DNA of 61,746 nucleotides, filler included, from Choristocarpus tenellus KU-1152 (taxonomy: Eukaryota > Protista > Phaeophyceae): NCBI GenBank assembly GCA_964200185.2. It is 13 parts of 13 records of this genome, joined end to end, with 100 filler letters (N's around TTAATTAATTAA, not from the genome) between each part and the next. Parts side by side here need not be neighbours in the genome. Positions count along the whole stretch, not along the records: positions 1 to 5,431 come from CAXNAD020010797.1; positions 5,532 to 10,706 come from CAXNAD020011613.1; positions 10,807 to 13,491 come from CAXNAD020025671.1; 10 more parts are not named here. The stretch is one strand, 5' to 3'. Made by a program: the position numbers and the translations under genes. Below the pieces are notes generated by a model that had not been told where the DNA came from, ran no database searches, and saw only the letters and a program-made list of their open reading frames with translations. Below are positions 1 to 13,591 of this stretch, piece after piece (positions within the stretch are counted from its first letter, which is position 1; every line of letters starts with the position of its first letter).

Positions 1-22
1 CCCCCCCCAGATACGTTGAGCC
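1..22. mobile_element. MITE family B, terminal fragment
   Basis: poly-C + AGATACGTTGAGCC matches the family B terminus CCCAGATACTTTGAGCC. Confidence 0.7.
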
Positions 23-653
23 AATATTGTGATTGGCGTTTCAATGAAATGTAGAGTGGTGATCTAGAACTCTCGGTCAATAGATCGAAAAATGATCTAT
101 CAGGTAGCAATTTCGTGAGTTGGGTGCAATTCATTCTAAAAAATTTCAACTTTCAACGGCAACAAATCACAATTGCGTATGCGTTCAGGATGATCACGAG
201 GCATTGCGACTATTGCCATGCAGCTTTATTAGTCAAGGTGAATGCTGTAGTTGGGGAGGAAATGCTGCCAGTAAGTTCTAACAAAACATAAAACATACTC
301 CGGAGGACTTCTCCAGTACACACTGAGCCAAAGTAAACAAGAGGTGCCCGGGTTTTGGCTATTTCCATTACAAGCTGCTTCTTTAATCTCTTGGAACTCA
401 CCCATATTTCTATAGATGAAGCGCTAAGTTTGACTTGGGAAAATATTGTTCTCTATTGTTTGAAAGTGTTCAACAGAATGCAGAAAAGCCCCCTGCATAT
501 TTGAAAATAAAGCTCAGTTTTCTCTTTTCCAGCGCCCTTGCAATGCACAACCGTTTCTGCCTCTCGTTTGTGTTGGCTCGCTTCTAGAAGTAAAGCATGG
601 CGGCAAGCATGGTCACTGACTGTTATTTCGTTTCCCATCAAACTATGTGGCAG

Positions 654-3600
654 CACGTGTATGGCAAAGAGACCAAGAAGCAGGGGGGTGGTAAGTGGGA
701 TGCCAGGTCTTGCATTGAGGGAAACTACAGCTGGATGGAGCAGCAACCGGATGAAGATCTAGCCAAGGTGAGAGGAATCCTAGTAGGAACACAACTAATG
801 ATGCACCCCTTGAGCACAATGAGTAACGCTTCAAATTAATAATACTAATACTGATTGAGGGGTTAAGGGATATCGAAGGCCTATTGCTTAGTAATGACAA
901 TCTTCTTTCAATATATACTTCGATCTCATTTTGTTGTCAACTTGGTTTACACGGTGCTATTGCTTTCCTATATATATGCACTGAGTATATATATATATAT
1001 ATTTATTGATGAAGTCTAAAGGAAACAAAATACAATTGAAGACCTCATCTGAAACTGTCATTCATCCTGATGTGATTTCATATCTCAAAACCAAGTTTAG
1101 AACGTTGGTCGCAACTTACTAGGAAATTAGGGAGCAACAAAAGCCAACATTTCCCCTCCGAACTGCCCCTGGATGCCCTCCTCCAGTCTCTAGATACAAA
1201 TCCAGTATTACTTACATCTTGCCCTTCCTTTTCTGCATTTAAGGATGTGATGGCCTGCTGGAGAGCCAAAGTATCTTAGAGGGTAGAGCCGCGTCCATTT
1301 GGGGACCAAAATCCAATGTAGCGAATTTGATGTAATTTTGGCTATCGTGTTTCTTAGGGAGTGTCAATATCTATGTTCTGGACACACCTTTTCATAATTT
1401 ATATATTTTATGTACTCCTAAACAGTTTGGAGTAGCAAAATGTCATTAAAAATAACATGGGAAGCCAAGCCCCAAATGGACAAACAGGGCAAAATTCGTA
1501 CCGTCTAAGATACTTTCACTCTGGACACAACAAAATATTATTGGTGCTTACACAATAAATCTGCTGGAAGACACTCCCCCTCCCCCCCTCATCTGCTAGA
1601 TTTTTCTGCACACCAAACAAACAGTTTGGGTGCTACCGGTAGTCTCCAAAATACTCTAAACGGCAGTGCGTTTGATGATAGGGCTAGCGCTAGGGTCATG
1701 GTTAGCAAGAAGAATACTCCCTCAAGAACTAGCGTATCGCAACTTTCAATAATGCCAAAATCGATGTATAGACACAATCTTGCTACACGCTGCAGGAGGC
1801 AAAATCAAACCGTATAGACGGACGGAATGACTGACGTTGACTACTACACTAGACAGGAAGGAAACAGACATTCCACCTTCGTCCATCACCGCCCACACCT
1901 CCTCTCACATCCATCATCCGCACACCCGACCCCCCAACCCCAATTCTTCCATTATACTGCGGCTTCTCAGTCAATAACCCCTGGTTTTCGAAATGCCGTG
2001 GTGGAGAACAGAGCATTTGGTGTCCCCACTATTCGCACGGACATACCCCCGTACACCAAGTGTTCAGTTGCTGACACACAGAACTACGGGGATGACGCAA
2101 ACGCCAGGTGAGTTCTTGAAACCTCCTGAAGAGTAAAAGTGCAGAGAGTAGAGATGAGTAGTGCCCTTCCTGCCGTGCCAAAGTCAGCCTTGGGCAAAAG
2201 CTTGCCCAGGTGCCAAGAGTAGCACACAGGTACTTTTTTTGTCACCTACAAGGTGCAGAGCTGTTGTGGGAGAAACACCTCGGGTTTGAGTCTGCACAGC
2301 AACAAAGTCTAAGGTTTAGATGCCCAGCACCTTAGGCAAGAAGGATTGTGCAAAGGTTGTTCACATGATGTGAGAAATTCAATGCCATCGGCAACTATGT
2401 TCACATGACTCCTGAATCCAAGAAAATGGGGCTTTAACGACCTTTGCCTGATCCTTGCCACAAGTATCGGTCCAGGCAAAACTATGCCTGTGTACCCATG
2501 CATACACCAAGGCAGGGTTCAATCCATTTGCCTCCCATACAGTCAAACTAATTGAGATGTAGGCAGGTTTGGATCCTTTTGCAAACTAAGCCATCTTTCT
2601 TACCTTATGGAATACACTCTATTCCATGCTTCATGTGCACTATAGTGTACACAGAAATTGATATTCCCCCAATTCACACTCAAAGTATCACTACAATCCA
2701 GCAAAGACTTTCTATTCGATTTTACCAAATACCTTCTTTTTGCCCTTTCTCGGGATCCAAAAAGTGTAACTCTGCCAACCTCTCACTTGGTTTGACTCAT
2801 AACAAGTGGACTGAACTTGGCCTCAAATCCAAAGCAGCTCTGCCTCTTGAACATTGTTATTAATGTATATTACCACAACATTGTAAAACTTGCTACAGTT
2901 CTACTTCCAGGGTTCAACTTGAATTTCGCTCAATTAAATCCTTAAATTGAAGGAAGTTGTGCTGAAGTCCTCAGTGATTTGAAGTAGTATATACTACATA
3001 GTACCATGCTAGGCTCATGTACACCAATCTCATTCTGATGGCCACTTTGAACCTTCATCGGTACATAGGGTCCTCGTTAACCCCAGCCAGTTCAGCTCTG
3101 TGGGAATAGAGGACGCTGAATTCTTTTGCAGAAGGGAAAAGACTGAGATACAGGGGCTCTTTGAAGCTATCGGGCACACATTTGACCAGGAGGTGAGAAG
3201 ACTTGAACCTTGGGGTGCGCGGAGGTTTATGAAAAAATCACCCTCACGACATATCCTGAGAAAAAGTGTGAAGCAAAGTGGGGTTGGGGATGTCATGCTC
3301 ACTAATGAGTAGGTCCATACATACAATCGATACACTCCATCCACTCTTCGGCTTTGTCCTGACTAAATGCAACCTGTTTCAGACGTTAAATGGGCAAATC
3401 AGGGTTTCTTTTTTCCCAGATGTGTTGCTAACGTCAGTATCACTTACATCACTACTACAACTGCGAGCTCTGGGGAGAATAGAAGAAGGATGGGACGTGC
3501 TGAATTAGACATAGTGAAATGGTGCCAGCACCCACAGACTCCAATTTGCTCCCTCTACCCCACCACACCTCCCATTAATTCAAATCATACTTGACACACC

Positions 3601-4677
3601 TACACCGCCATTGCCTGCACTACTTCAGAACTAGTAGTTCCATATGTCACTACAGCACCCACTTCATGTGGGAAGAGGGGTCACTCCTGTCATCAACCCA
3701 ACCTATTTCCTGTTTCTGTTCTGGGACACTACGACAAAGGGACCCCCCCCCAGCCCCTCCAGGCCTCTTCTCCACCCAGCACCTCAACCCCTCCCTTCCC
3801 NNNNNNNNNNCCCCCGCCCCTCCTGAGAATTTTTTCAAAATGTATTGTTCACCTTCTGGGTACTCTACTCCTTCACCTCTCATTCTACCTATTCCGCCCT
3901 CAAACTCATCTTGATTGCAAATTGAGGCGCACCTGCAACGGATTTTATAAATATCCTAGGCGCCGGAACTCCTAAGTTCATGGCGAGGAGCATAGGTACT
4001 TGTACATGCTCTCCCTCCTCATATTTTTATAACTTCATCTCAGTTCCATATCCAACCCATAATCTAGTACCTAAAGGATAGTTCCTTCCATAAGAGAGTG
4101 CCTCTCAAACGCCGGAATTCCCCTTTCATTATGGAGTATTAGAACCAAGCAGTCTTTGCAACCCACTCTTCCCCTCTTCTTTGATGGTTTCACTTGTAAG
4201 AGGGGGATACCATTTGCCTCTCAGGCTGAGTAATGTTTCAATAGGTGCTTCTTCTTGACCTCAAGCTCGCCAGAGAAGTGGTCTACAGATCCTACATTGT
4301 ACCCATATACAGCAAAAAGAAGTAGCACCCTTGCCTTTAAACAGTAGCCCAGCAAGTACATGTTTCTTATTATTACTTATTCGAAGTATAGCAATAAATA
4401 AATGCACATGTACTCTTTATTACCTCTTCAAAGTAGAGCAATAAATAAATGCACTGCAAAAAACATATAAATTGAATTATCTTGCATGTACGGTTTACCC
4501 ACGAATTACCCCCAGGTGTTCAACGCATTGTGGGAAGATGCAACGCAGGCGTCATCCCCTGAGACTGAGGATGGAATCACAGCAAGCATTGTGGACTTCC
4601 AAAAAGCAGTAAATGAGTACAAAGAGGCGGAGGGCCTGGGGTCTATTGAGGAGTGGCGTAGGCAGCACGGCCTGTGA
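654..4677 (+). CDS. EFHB: EF-hand domain family member B-like (flagellar) protein, 3' part; exons 654-767, 1971-2107, 3069-3192, 4516-4677
   Basis: AG/GT-bounded exons join in phase: ...EQQPDEDLAK|SITPGFRN...FGVPTIRTDIP...SVADTQNYGDDANAR|VLVNPSQF...EFFCRREKTEIQGLFEAIG...|VFNALWEDA...*. GVPTIRxDIP...NYG motif is characteristic of the EFHB C-terminus. Confidence 0.8.
1263..1521 (+). mobile_element. MITE family A, full copy in an EFHB intron
   Basis: TIRs GAGCCAAAGTATCTTAGAGGGTA ... TACCGTCTAAGATACTTTCACTC; flanked by TGGA on both sides. Confidence 0.85.
2555..2870. repeat. Diverged dispersed repeat, copy 1 (partner at ~6210-6540)
   Basis: Shared collinear blocks TGGATC-TTTTGCA, CATCTTTCTTACC, AATACAC-CTATTCCAT, AATTGATAT, TTTTTGCCCTTT. 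Confidence 0.6.
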
Positions 4678-5345
4678 CCGACAGGAGTTGTTAAAGAAAT
4701 TGTTGACTTCCTGCAGACCTTTCTCAACTTGACAAAATGGGCACTGGATGGACACGCTTGCGCATGTGAGGGTTTCTTACGTGCTTGTGGGAGAAACCCT
4801 CACAGCTTTGACGACCACAAACCTTAGATATTCAAAATCCTTTCATTGCATGCGTCGAGACGGCAATGGCATGCACCTTTTAATCAGTCTGCATGAACAC
4901 CTTCAAATTTAAGAAATGAAAAAATATGAAAAAAGAAAGCGCTACACGACGATGTATCCCTTTTTTTTTATTGAGACAAAAGAGGATGTACAACAATATG
5001 AGCAATTACAGCAACAGAATGGGAATCCACTTTCGAACTCGACATAAACATCACAGCAGTTGCACAGTTGGAACTTGAGCCTGAAGGGCATTTCAGCAAC
5101 ACTTTGAGGAGACCCCCGAAAGAATCCTCTACTGCATGATTCAAGGTGCATGTGGGAACTAGATAATAAGGTCACACCATCAATGTGAAGGCACCATACG
5201 TTTAATAACAGCAAGAGAACGGGACAGAGTTGACAGGGGCTCCAAGCAATACCGCAATGGCGGAAAGCTGCCTGACAAGGCAGCTTTCTTTCGAATTGCA
5301 ACCTCTCTCACAACAGAAGCTGCAAGTGAAGTACTGAACAACACA

Positions 5346-5372
5346 GACCCAAAGTATCTGGGGGGGGGGGGG
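5346..5372. mobile_element. MITE family B, terminal fragment
   Basis: GACCCAAAGTATCTG + poly-G near contig end. Confidence 0.7.
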
Positions 5373-5431
5373 CCTGGTAAGGAAGTCACTCTAATATTGA
5401 TAGTTTTATGGAATTGATTGCGGTTTTGGAG

Positions 5432-5531
5432 NNNNNNNNNNNNNNNNNNNNNNNNNNNNNNNNNNNNNNNNNNNNTTAATTAATTAANNNNNNNNNNNNN
5501 NNNNNNNNNNNNNNNNNNNNNNNNNNNNNNN
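5432..5531. other. Artificial contig spacer; repeated at 10707, 13492, 21555, 26546, 29211, 33401, 38616, 46218, 49180, 54935, 58484
   Basis: N-run + TTAATTAATTAA (stops in all frames) + N-run, ~100 nt each, 12 times. Confidence 0.98.
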
Positions 5532-5559
5532 CCAAAAAAGTTAAAATCGAAAAAAGGGT

Positions 5560-5604
5560 GAAAAACGGACACCGACACCCCCCCCCCCCCAGATACTTTG
5601 ATCC
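5560..5604. mobile_element. MITE family B, terminal fragment
   Basis: GGACACC...poly-C-AGATACTTTGATCC at contig start. Confidence 0.7.
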
Positions 5605-6209
5605 TTTAGCCCTCACCAAAAAAAGTAGTATTTTTCGTAGTTTCATGGGGCTTTCGTAGGATAAATTCTCACGTCGTACTACTGAAGATTATACTTGTGG
5701 GTTCGAATCCAGTCGATCGACCCCAGGCTTCATTATGCGGAATTTTGGTTTTGATTATGCAAAGTCTGTATGGAAAACACTATGGATTGTACAGTGTACA
5801 ACTATATCATCCTATCTGTTGATATGCGACAGAAAATGCCAGACCAAGAACGAGGTGGTAAGGCTAAGATCGTAAGTTTATTTACCAAGTGAAGCTAAGG
5901 CTGGTCCAGCACAAGATTTGAGGGAAGCGACGAGTGGGGGATGGTTGAACCCAACGTGCAAGAAGGAAGGCGTGAACGGAGGCAGTGCAACTTCTTGCAT
6001 TAATACTACAACAGTTAGTTTCAGTACTGTTGCAGTTAGAATGAGAAGTAGTGCAGCAGTGAGTATCGCCTTTGACGACAGATCAGGAAGGTTCCTACAC
6101 AAATGCGAAGCAAATAAAAATAGAATTTAACATGATAAAACATAAAACGAATGGCATTCCAAGGAAGCTGTGATATTTGATGTAGATTACCCCAAGGAAC
6201 CAAACCAAT

Positions 6210-6540
6210 TGAGAGGTAGGAGGACTTGGATCATTTTGCATCGCAAGTCATCTTTCTTACCCTGTGAAATACACCCTATTCCATTGTCTTCTGTGCGCAA
6301 TAGTTTCTACATAATTGATATGCCCTGTTTCCATACACAAAAGTGACACCACCTTTACGTGAAGGTTCTTTCTCTTCTACAAAATGTCATATTTTTGCCC
6401 TTTCGCCGGATCCTTAAAACGCAATCCTGCCTACCTCTCGATTGGTTTGGCTCTAAGGCCCCAGCAAAGGCAGAGCAATCAGCCCCCACGATTTTCTGCT
6501 GAAATGCTGCTTTTCTCGTTGTATTTGACAGGCTTACACT
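6210..6540. repeat. Diverged dispersed repeat, copy 2
   Basis: Collinear similarity to 2555-2870. Confidence 0.6.
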
Positions 6541-7504
6541 CAACGATGGCTGTAGCAATACCGGATTTGTATATTCAACAATACACATTGCCAGATAGAT
6601 CTTGTCGTTATCCAACATTTTAACTCCCCCGATAGTTGTTTAACTAACTGCAGAAAGAAACCAATAATAAGACTCTAATCGTTTTAGATCATGGCTACTA
6701 TACTGAAGTACTCTGGAGTATTTGTTAAACACTCCCCTCTAGGAGTGGCCACCTCCCTCGTGGCATGCATGTGCACAAAAATAGCGTAATACAAATCAAT
6801 TCTTATCTCTAAAAATCCTCCAGTAGCATGACCCAGTTCTCCACCTGATATGTGAGAGTGCTAAGCATCACACAACATAATAGTAGCAAATTGGGGAGTT
6901 GACCTATGTTATTCAAGGAATCAATGTGTGTGTGTGTGTGTGTGTGTGTGGATTGAGGGGTTCAAAGCAAGTAAGTTAAATTGAAGTTGCGTGATGATCA
7001 GCGGCATAGGGTAGCGATGTTAAATCCTACGTGATCATATTTTGACCTTACCTCACAGTGCGGTAGTTATTTGTCGATATGCAATGAATAGCTGGGTTAT
7101 GGTCTTACTATTAATCATATACATACATCTGCAAAATGTCAGAGGGCATAATAATAAATATAATATACATACTTCAAAGTGTTAATATTTTATGTAGTGG
7201 GAACATAGTGGCGACAGACAAAATTTGGACCGAGAATTTGGTCGCTCCAGTTATCTATAGTATCTTACATCAACAAATGCATCATGTCGCCACGTGGACG
7301 TGTGTTTGTGACGTGTTGTCACTTTTTTTAAATCCCAATTACCTCAACCTCGAGTCTTCACTCTGCTTTGTTCATGTTAAATGGTAGTACATGTTGCACC
7401 ACATTGTTGTTTGTATAACCGATGAAACCGTACGTGTCTATGCATTTCCATTTCCCACATTTACCGTCGACTGTACTGTGCAAGGGTCCTCAAATTGACT
7501 CACC

Positions 7505-9932
7505 ATGAGTCGAGGTCCATCATTGCAGCGCTTATCTATGGACCTCCCTAGAGAGAAGAGCCTTGAAGAAGTTATAATAGCCAGGAAGTTATCTCGGTCT
7601 GCCTCAGGTTGTATCTCCCGCCTGCCACGGGAATCGCTTGTCCAGTCGCCTACCAAAACAAGGGTCGGGTCCAGCAAGCAGAAATCTCGCCCGTCCCATG
7701 ACTGGTGGGCAGCTGGACCCACTCCCCTCTCGGGAAAAAATGGATTACGCCCCATGACTGGAATATCAGCACCTCGCGCTGGGACCAGGTTTTATCCGCT
7801 AGGAGACGTCACTAAAGCATGTCAAACACAAGTGAGGAGTTAAACTACTGCATACTTGTAATATGGATCTAGGGTCTAACATAGCGTGTTTTCCCTCGCT
7901 TGAACCTGAGAGCAAATCACAATATTTCCAACTTTGTACTACCAGAGATTATCGCATGGGGATGTACCCGGATCTAATGCACGGCGCCGAAGTTCCTCTG
8001 CTCAAGGAGCAGTTGAGCAGATAATGACGACCCTGACAGCAAGGTGCAACGACCTGGCAACACGTCTGCATCAAGCTGAAAGCCAACTTGCTATCCTACG
8101 CACAGAGAATAGGTCCCGCGGAAGGCCTTCAACAGACTCCATTGCATATATTAATGGTGATAGATCTCCTAGAGGTGGGGGTGAGTATGGAATTGAAACG
8201 GGCGACTTTACAAGACCATCTGGATCGGGGAGTGGAATAGGACGGCAAACTGGGAGCGTTCACGACAAGCATGCGGGATTTTTTTCTGAGGTTGGTCAAA
8301 ACAAGGTTCTAAGGAGTGATGGCGAAGCAGTCGAAATAGTGGACAGGGCAATAGAGGGAGCATTTTGTGTTGTAAGTGGGACAATGGAGCGACTGGGAAA
8401 TGTATACAGTGACGCCGAGCGGATCATGGCGGTCCGAGTGAATGCAGTGTCAAAAATATGCAGGTGAGAATGTATCAATTACGTTACACACACTATATAT
8501 GCAACGGCCACTGTCTTCTCATCTCTCAAGCTCTGAAAGTCAATGGCCCAGTAAGAAGTTGGTCCCTATGGGGATACTCCTGGAATCTTCAGCCCATAGT
8601 CCGCAGCTTACTGTCATTCATCTTATGCTGGTTTAAGATTTGTAAATAGTAAATATCATGGAGCACTTTGCTTGAATTTGATCAAATCTTCTCAACTACA
8701 GCTCATGATCCTGCCCACCTCCACCAATACTGAGCAAGAACAGAGAATTTCAATCACATTACCAATCGGACCCTTTGTTTTTAGGAACAGACCAACTAAA
8801 CTATTGAAATATTTGGATGTGGTGGAGTAGTTTTGTATACTTTGTAACATGAGGAGATCGTCAACGAGCCATGAGCAAGGACAAGTTCATGAGAAAAAAA
8901 ATATACAGCAATTTATTGTGATTCCACTGTGTGATGTGAGGCTGGGGAATAGGGTTACAACTAAATATTCTGCTATAATGCAAGCAAACAGAGTATCCCC
9001 ATCTGCAAACATAGAAATATAGATGAGAGGTACACCCATAATGGTGGATATTGCACCAAGCACAGAACCAGATCTAGGCTTAAAATTGGATTCTGCTTCA
9101 TTCTGAGTGAGGCCACACAAAAGAGGTTGGGCAAGTTCGCCTTGTTGTATGCCCTGATTACACAAAGGACACTACCTATCATAACCAGTCTGTCTGCATA
9201 GGAAGTGTATGCAATGTGCCCCAACTTGACCTCTAATGTCCCATGTGTGTGTTCCTATATGAATGTTTCTGGAACTCTGCCCATTCATCAACCTGGACCA
9301 AGCACCATCCGCATGTTCCTCCAGAGGTGTCGATACCTGCGAGCCAAAGGAACTTTGAAGGCGTGGCGTATACATCAAAGCATTGGGGTCCTGAGGTCCA
9401 TCAGAACCGAGATTTCACGTCACACAGACCTGGAGCATAGCCTACACAATGTGAGAAAATATAACTATATTGATTTGACTCCCCTTAAATGATGATTCTT
9501 CTTGCCCATATTGTGTATTTGTGGGCACAAATACCTGGCATCAACCAAACAAGAAGATTATGATATTGTCTGCACCACTCCATGTACCCTTCACATACAA
9601 AAATTGAGAACATTCAGCAAGGGTTACCTAGTCTCATAGGAGGCATCTCAAGATAGAGTAGGCCATGTTTCCCTTTGGTCACATTTTAACTGAAGAATGG
9701 GAACCATGACCACAATGTCCACTGCTTCTCCAGCCTCACACCCCTCTCCTCCTTGCATATCCACCATCTGCGATTGCGTAATACCATTCCTTCCTGGTTG
9801 CTTCAGCTTGAAACAAAACGCACCAGAGCACTATTGAAAATATCGTTCATATCTTGGAGTCGAGTTGGAGATACTAATGCTCAAAGGAAAGAGCTGCTGA
9901 AACACCTGGAGGCCAGAGTACGTAGAAACCAG
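7505..9932 (+). CDS. Hypothetical coiled-coil protein, partial model; exons ~7505-7831, 7946-8463, 9325-9450, 9807-9932
   Basis: ORFs end at GTGAG donors and begin after pyrimidine-rich CAG acceptors; later exons have Sfi1-repeat-like L..W spacing; one linking exon not resolved. Confidence 0.5.
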
Positions 9933-9941
9933 GTGAGGAAA

Positions 9942-10121
9942 GACCCAAAGTATCTGGGGAGGAGGGGTGTCTACACCAGAGTGCCCATTTGACCCAAAAC
10001 TAGGAAAAGTGCACTTTCACTATCCATCCAACGTATGGAACCAAATCACCCAAAAACTGCAACATAAAAAAATAGGCCCCAAATGGACAGCCGCCACCCC
10101 CCCCCCCAGATACTTTGAGCC
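9942..10121. mobile_element. MITE family B, full 180-bp copy
   Basis: GACCCAAAGTATCTGGGG ... CCCCAGATACTTTGAGCC; AAA on both flanks; lies 9 nt inside an intron. Confidence 0.85.
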
Positions 10122-10639
10122 AAATAGTTGGAACCTTTGGTGTAGCCTTTGCTCCTGATGTTACCATTTGAATGCACAGACCACAAGACTTACAGGCGAG
10201 GAGGCTGGGTCAGAGGCAGTTGCATTCGACTTTGGAATGTGCTCTGAGGAAAACGATGATGTTGTGAATTATGGAAACCTTTATGGATGTAATAAATTAC
10301 AAACTAGTATGAGATATTCTGCATAGTAGGGCTCTGGCATAAAGGTGTTCACCCGGGATTGACTCTCCTGCAAGTGCAGTAGTAGCACTCCAGAGCACAC
10401 AGCGTACCAAACAATACCGAAAATTAAAAGGTTTCTATTCAGTGTTCCTTGAGACGAATTCACATGTGGTCTGCAATTGGTCAATGGGCCTCTCTCTGCT
10501 CAAGGTTCTCTTTCGTTATCGTTTTTCCATTGAGGTGAGCTCTATCTGCTCTCCTAACACGTTGGACACTTATACTTCTACCACTGTCTTCTTGTGCCAA
10601 GATGAGGAGGGTTAATCGGTTCAGTCCAAAAAGTTGGTT

Positions 10640-10706
10640 GAGTGAAACTATCTTAGAGGGTACGAATTTTTCCCTGTTTGTCCATTTGTGGGGCTTGGCT
10701 TCCCAT
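10640..10706 (-). mobile_element. MITE family A, truncated by contig end
   Basis: GAGTGAAACTATCTTAGAGGGTACGAATTTT...GTCCATTTG. Confidence 0.75.
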
Positions 10707-10806
10707 NNNNNNNNNNNNNNNNNNNNNNNNNNNNNNNNNNNNNNNNNNNNTTAATTAATTAANNNNNNNNNNNNNNNNNNNNNNNNNNNNNNNNNNNNNN
10801 NNNNNN

Positions 10807-10862
10807 TGGTTCAAATGGACACTCTGGTGTAGACCCCCCCCCTCCCCCAGATACTTTGGGTC
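10807..10862. mobile_element. MITE family B, terminal part
   Basis: CAAATGGACACTCTGGTGTAGA-poly-C-AGATACTTTGGGTC. Confidence 0.8.
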
Positions 10863-13491
10863 TGATGTCATGTGCTCATATGTGTTGTCTGCCACTGATC
10901 ACCTCACTCGTTTTGTTGTGCTGAGCCCTGTTCCAAATAAAGAGACCACAACAATCACTCGTATGCTGGTAGAGCATGTATTTGCAACTTTTGGTCCACC
11001 CGAGTTGTTACACTCCGATCAAGGTACCGAATTTGAAAACAGTTTCGTTGCAGTGTTGCAGCCTGTCTTTGGTTACTAGAAAACCAAAACCACACCGTAT
11101 CACCCCCAAGGAAATTCTGTGTTAGAGAGAGTACATGCTACGTTGCATTCTATGCTAGCAATTTATATCTCTGTTGCTGAGGATAACTGGGCATCGTTAT
11201 TGCCTTTTGTACAATTAGCCCATAACACAGCATTCAATGCAAAGTTGCATGAAACCCCATATTCCCTTCTGTTTGGAAGACAAGCTCGTTTACCTGTTGA
11301 CATTATCCTTGGTTCGTCTAATGATGATTCAGATATCAATACTGAAGAGTTTACTCAGCAAACCAAAGACAATTTACAGCTTGCTTTTGAATTGGGATGT
11401 CATCATTTCCATGAACACGTTCAAATTCAGGAGCGTGTCAAACCAACGTCTCGTGTTCCCCGTTTTCGCACCTGGTGATCAAGTTCTAGTCCATAGGTCA
11501 CATGAGAGTACTGATGGTCCGGATCCGAAGTTACTTCACCCTTGGAGGGGTCCGTATGAAGTACATTCTAAGGTATCACCCCATCGCAGATAGAGTAGTA
11601 CTACCTGGAAACCCATCGTCCATTTTCCGTTCATCTTGGTGGGATGAAACGTTACTATCCTCAAGTCCAACCTCCCACACCAGATTTGAATGAACTGGAT
11701 TACTTGTTTCTAGGAAAACCACTACCATTACCGGGCGTAGACCATCAAATCTCTCAACCTGTTATTGGCCAATATATACTGTTGATGGCATTGTTGGACA
11801 TAGACCTGGTTCTGGTCGTCGTTCGTCCACTAATGTTATCTATTACCTTCGTCTTTGTGGCTGTAGACCACCACCTTGTGATCTTCATAAAAGAATAGAA
11901 CAGATCCCTCAATGCCGTGAAATGACCACAGCCTATCGTGCAGTAAATGGATTGGATAACCAGTAAAATCCGCGTCCCTTTTGGTGGTGACTTGAGAATT
12001 CGTGTTAACTGTTATCATGCTCCTTTGCATAGTCTGTATATCATGCATTGCCGCCATGTTGTAACCTATCGTTTCGGTAAAGAGATTATCGGGTGTACGT
12101 GTGGTACAGATATATCATTGCCAAAATTTGTTTGTTCGTTTAACTGGGTGTGTATGTACTTATTTTTAAAGACTAGTATCCCTTAACCAGGTCTTGTGGT
12201 ACCCACATACTGTAATCCTTTACATGGGCTGTCCATCTAGTTTAGACAAACCGTTTGTGTGTCATTTTGTCATAGATGGGGCTAGTCTATCGTCTTGGGA
12301 AGAGATGAGAAAAACTGGTAAGAGATGTCAGTTAACCCGTTCATATCCAGCTCTGACTTGGCATCTCGTGTTTACCAGGTTTATCTATCCTTGCGAATAG
12401 ACTATGCATAAATGTTGGTGGATTTAGATAAGTTAATAGTACAATTAATCTTATCTCTCAACTCTCCTTGTTTGCATGAGTGGACACATGCGGTGGTGAA
12501 GAGACCGTTATCACTGGGCACATTAATACATTAGCACTTGTGTGCTAAAGGTGGTGTTCATTACATCATGTCACGTTTTCATTAAATGGATTTCTTGATC
12601 ATCATGAAATGACTAATCCTATCCTAAAACAGAAAAAAGATGAAGTCTCAAGTCTACCACCAGGTAGGAGATGGAGACTTCAGGTGAGCCATACATGTTA
12701 ATTTGTTTTTTTCGTGTGGCATGATTCCCCTGACATGATGTAATGACCGTGCATTCACCTTGTATCGTTTTAGGAGAGTTCAGCCACCAATGTTGTACGT
12801 CCGAGTTGTTCACTTGGAATATTGTAGTTGTCGTGAGCAATATTTCAATTTATGTCAGAATTGAGGAAGGAGAGTGGGTGCACACATTTGATCTCGTCGT
12901 TTGCTGTGTTGATGTGGTCATGAAACACGGGATGTTGTTTTCACGCGCATCGGAGTGGTGATCAAATCATCGTATAACACCCGTAGAGCAATGTTGAATC
13001 ACAAACACTAGTCAAACCCTTTGTTGACATTGTATATAGTGTTTGCTTGTCGTATCCCCATTCTGAGTGTATCCTCTGTTCTATACAAGATAATAGAGAC
13101 CCTATATGCTGGCCACATATACCTCTCACCTCGTCATTAGGCTGACTGATATGCTGATCCCATACTCTCAGACCTCGTAAGCTTGATTGGTGTGCTGACC
13201 ACACACCATCAACCTTGGGCTAATGTTATCCTGATCAGATATTCATTATGTACCTCGTTTATATATTACTCTTCATTTTGTATTAATGGAGTCGTGTAAT
13301 ACAATGGTGGAATAGTATACTAACAGTCACACATGTTTCCCATTTCGCTCCCAGAGCTCACTTTTTGGTTGCCCTTGAATCATGTTAACATGACTTCAAG
13401 GCCGATCAGAAGGGGGGGAGATGTGGAAAGCGTGTTTGTCTGTTGTTATACCGTATACCTTTTTACCGATTGAGGTTCCTTGTCAAGCATC
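10863..13491 (+). mobile_element. Decayed Ty3/Gypsy LTR retrotransposon, 3' half: integrase, GPY/F, chromodomain-like tail, long 3' UTR, PPT, start of 3' LTR
   Basis: DHLTRF...FGPPELLHSDQGTEF...YHPQGNSVLERVH (rve); KLLHPWRGPY; YTVDGIVGHR...YYLRL chromo-like at ~11775-11950; stops and frameshifts; PPT AGAAGGGGGGGAGA (13408-13421) followed by TGTGG at 13422. Confidence 0.9.
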
Positions 13492-13591
13492 NNNNNNNNN
13501 NNNNNNNNNNNNNNNNNNNNNNNNNNNNNNNNNNNTTAATTAATTAANNNNNNNNNNNNNNNNNNNNNNNNNNNNNNNNNNNNNNNNNNNN

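Noticed and set aside
5476-5487. Recurrent TTAATTAATTAA as a biological motif
   Set aside because: Always centred in N-runs of fixed length; artificial linker. Neighbouring contigs are not necessarily adjacent in the genome.
9942-10121. MITEs acting as introners
   Set aside because: Copies lie inside existing introns, intergenic DNA or dead TEs; none forms an intron with its own ends.
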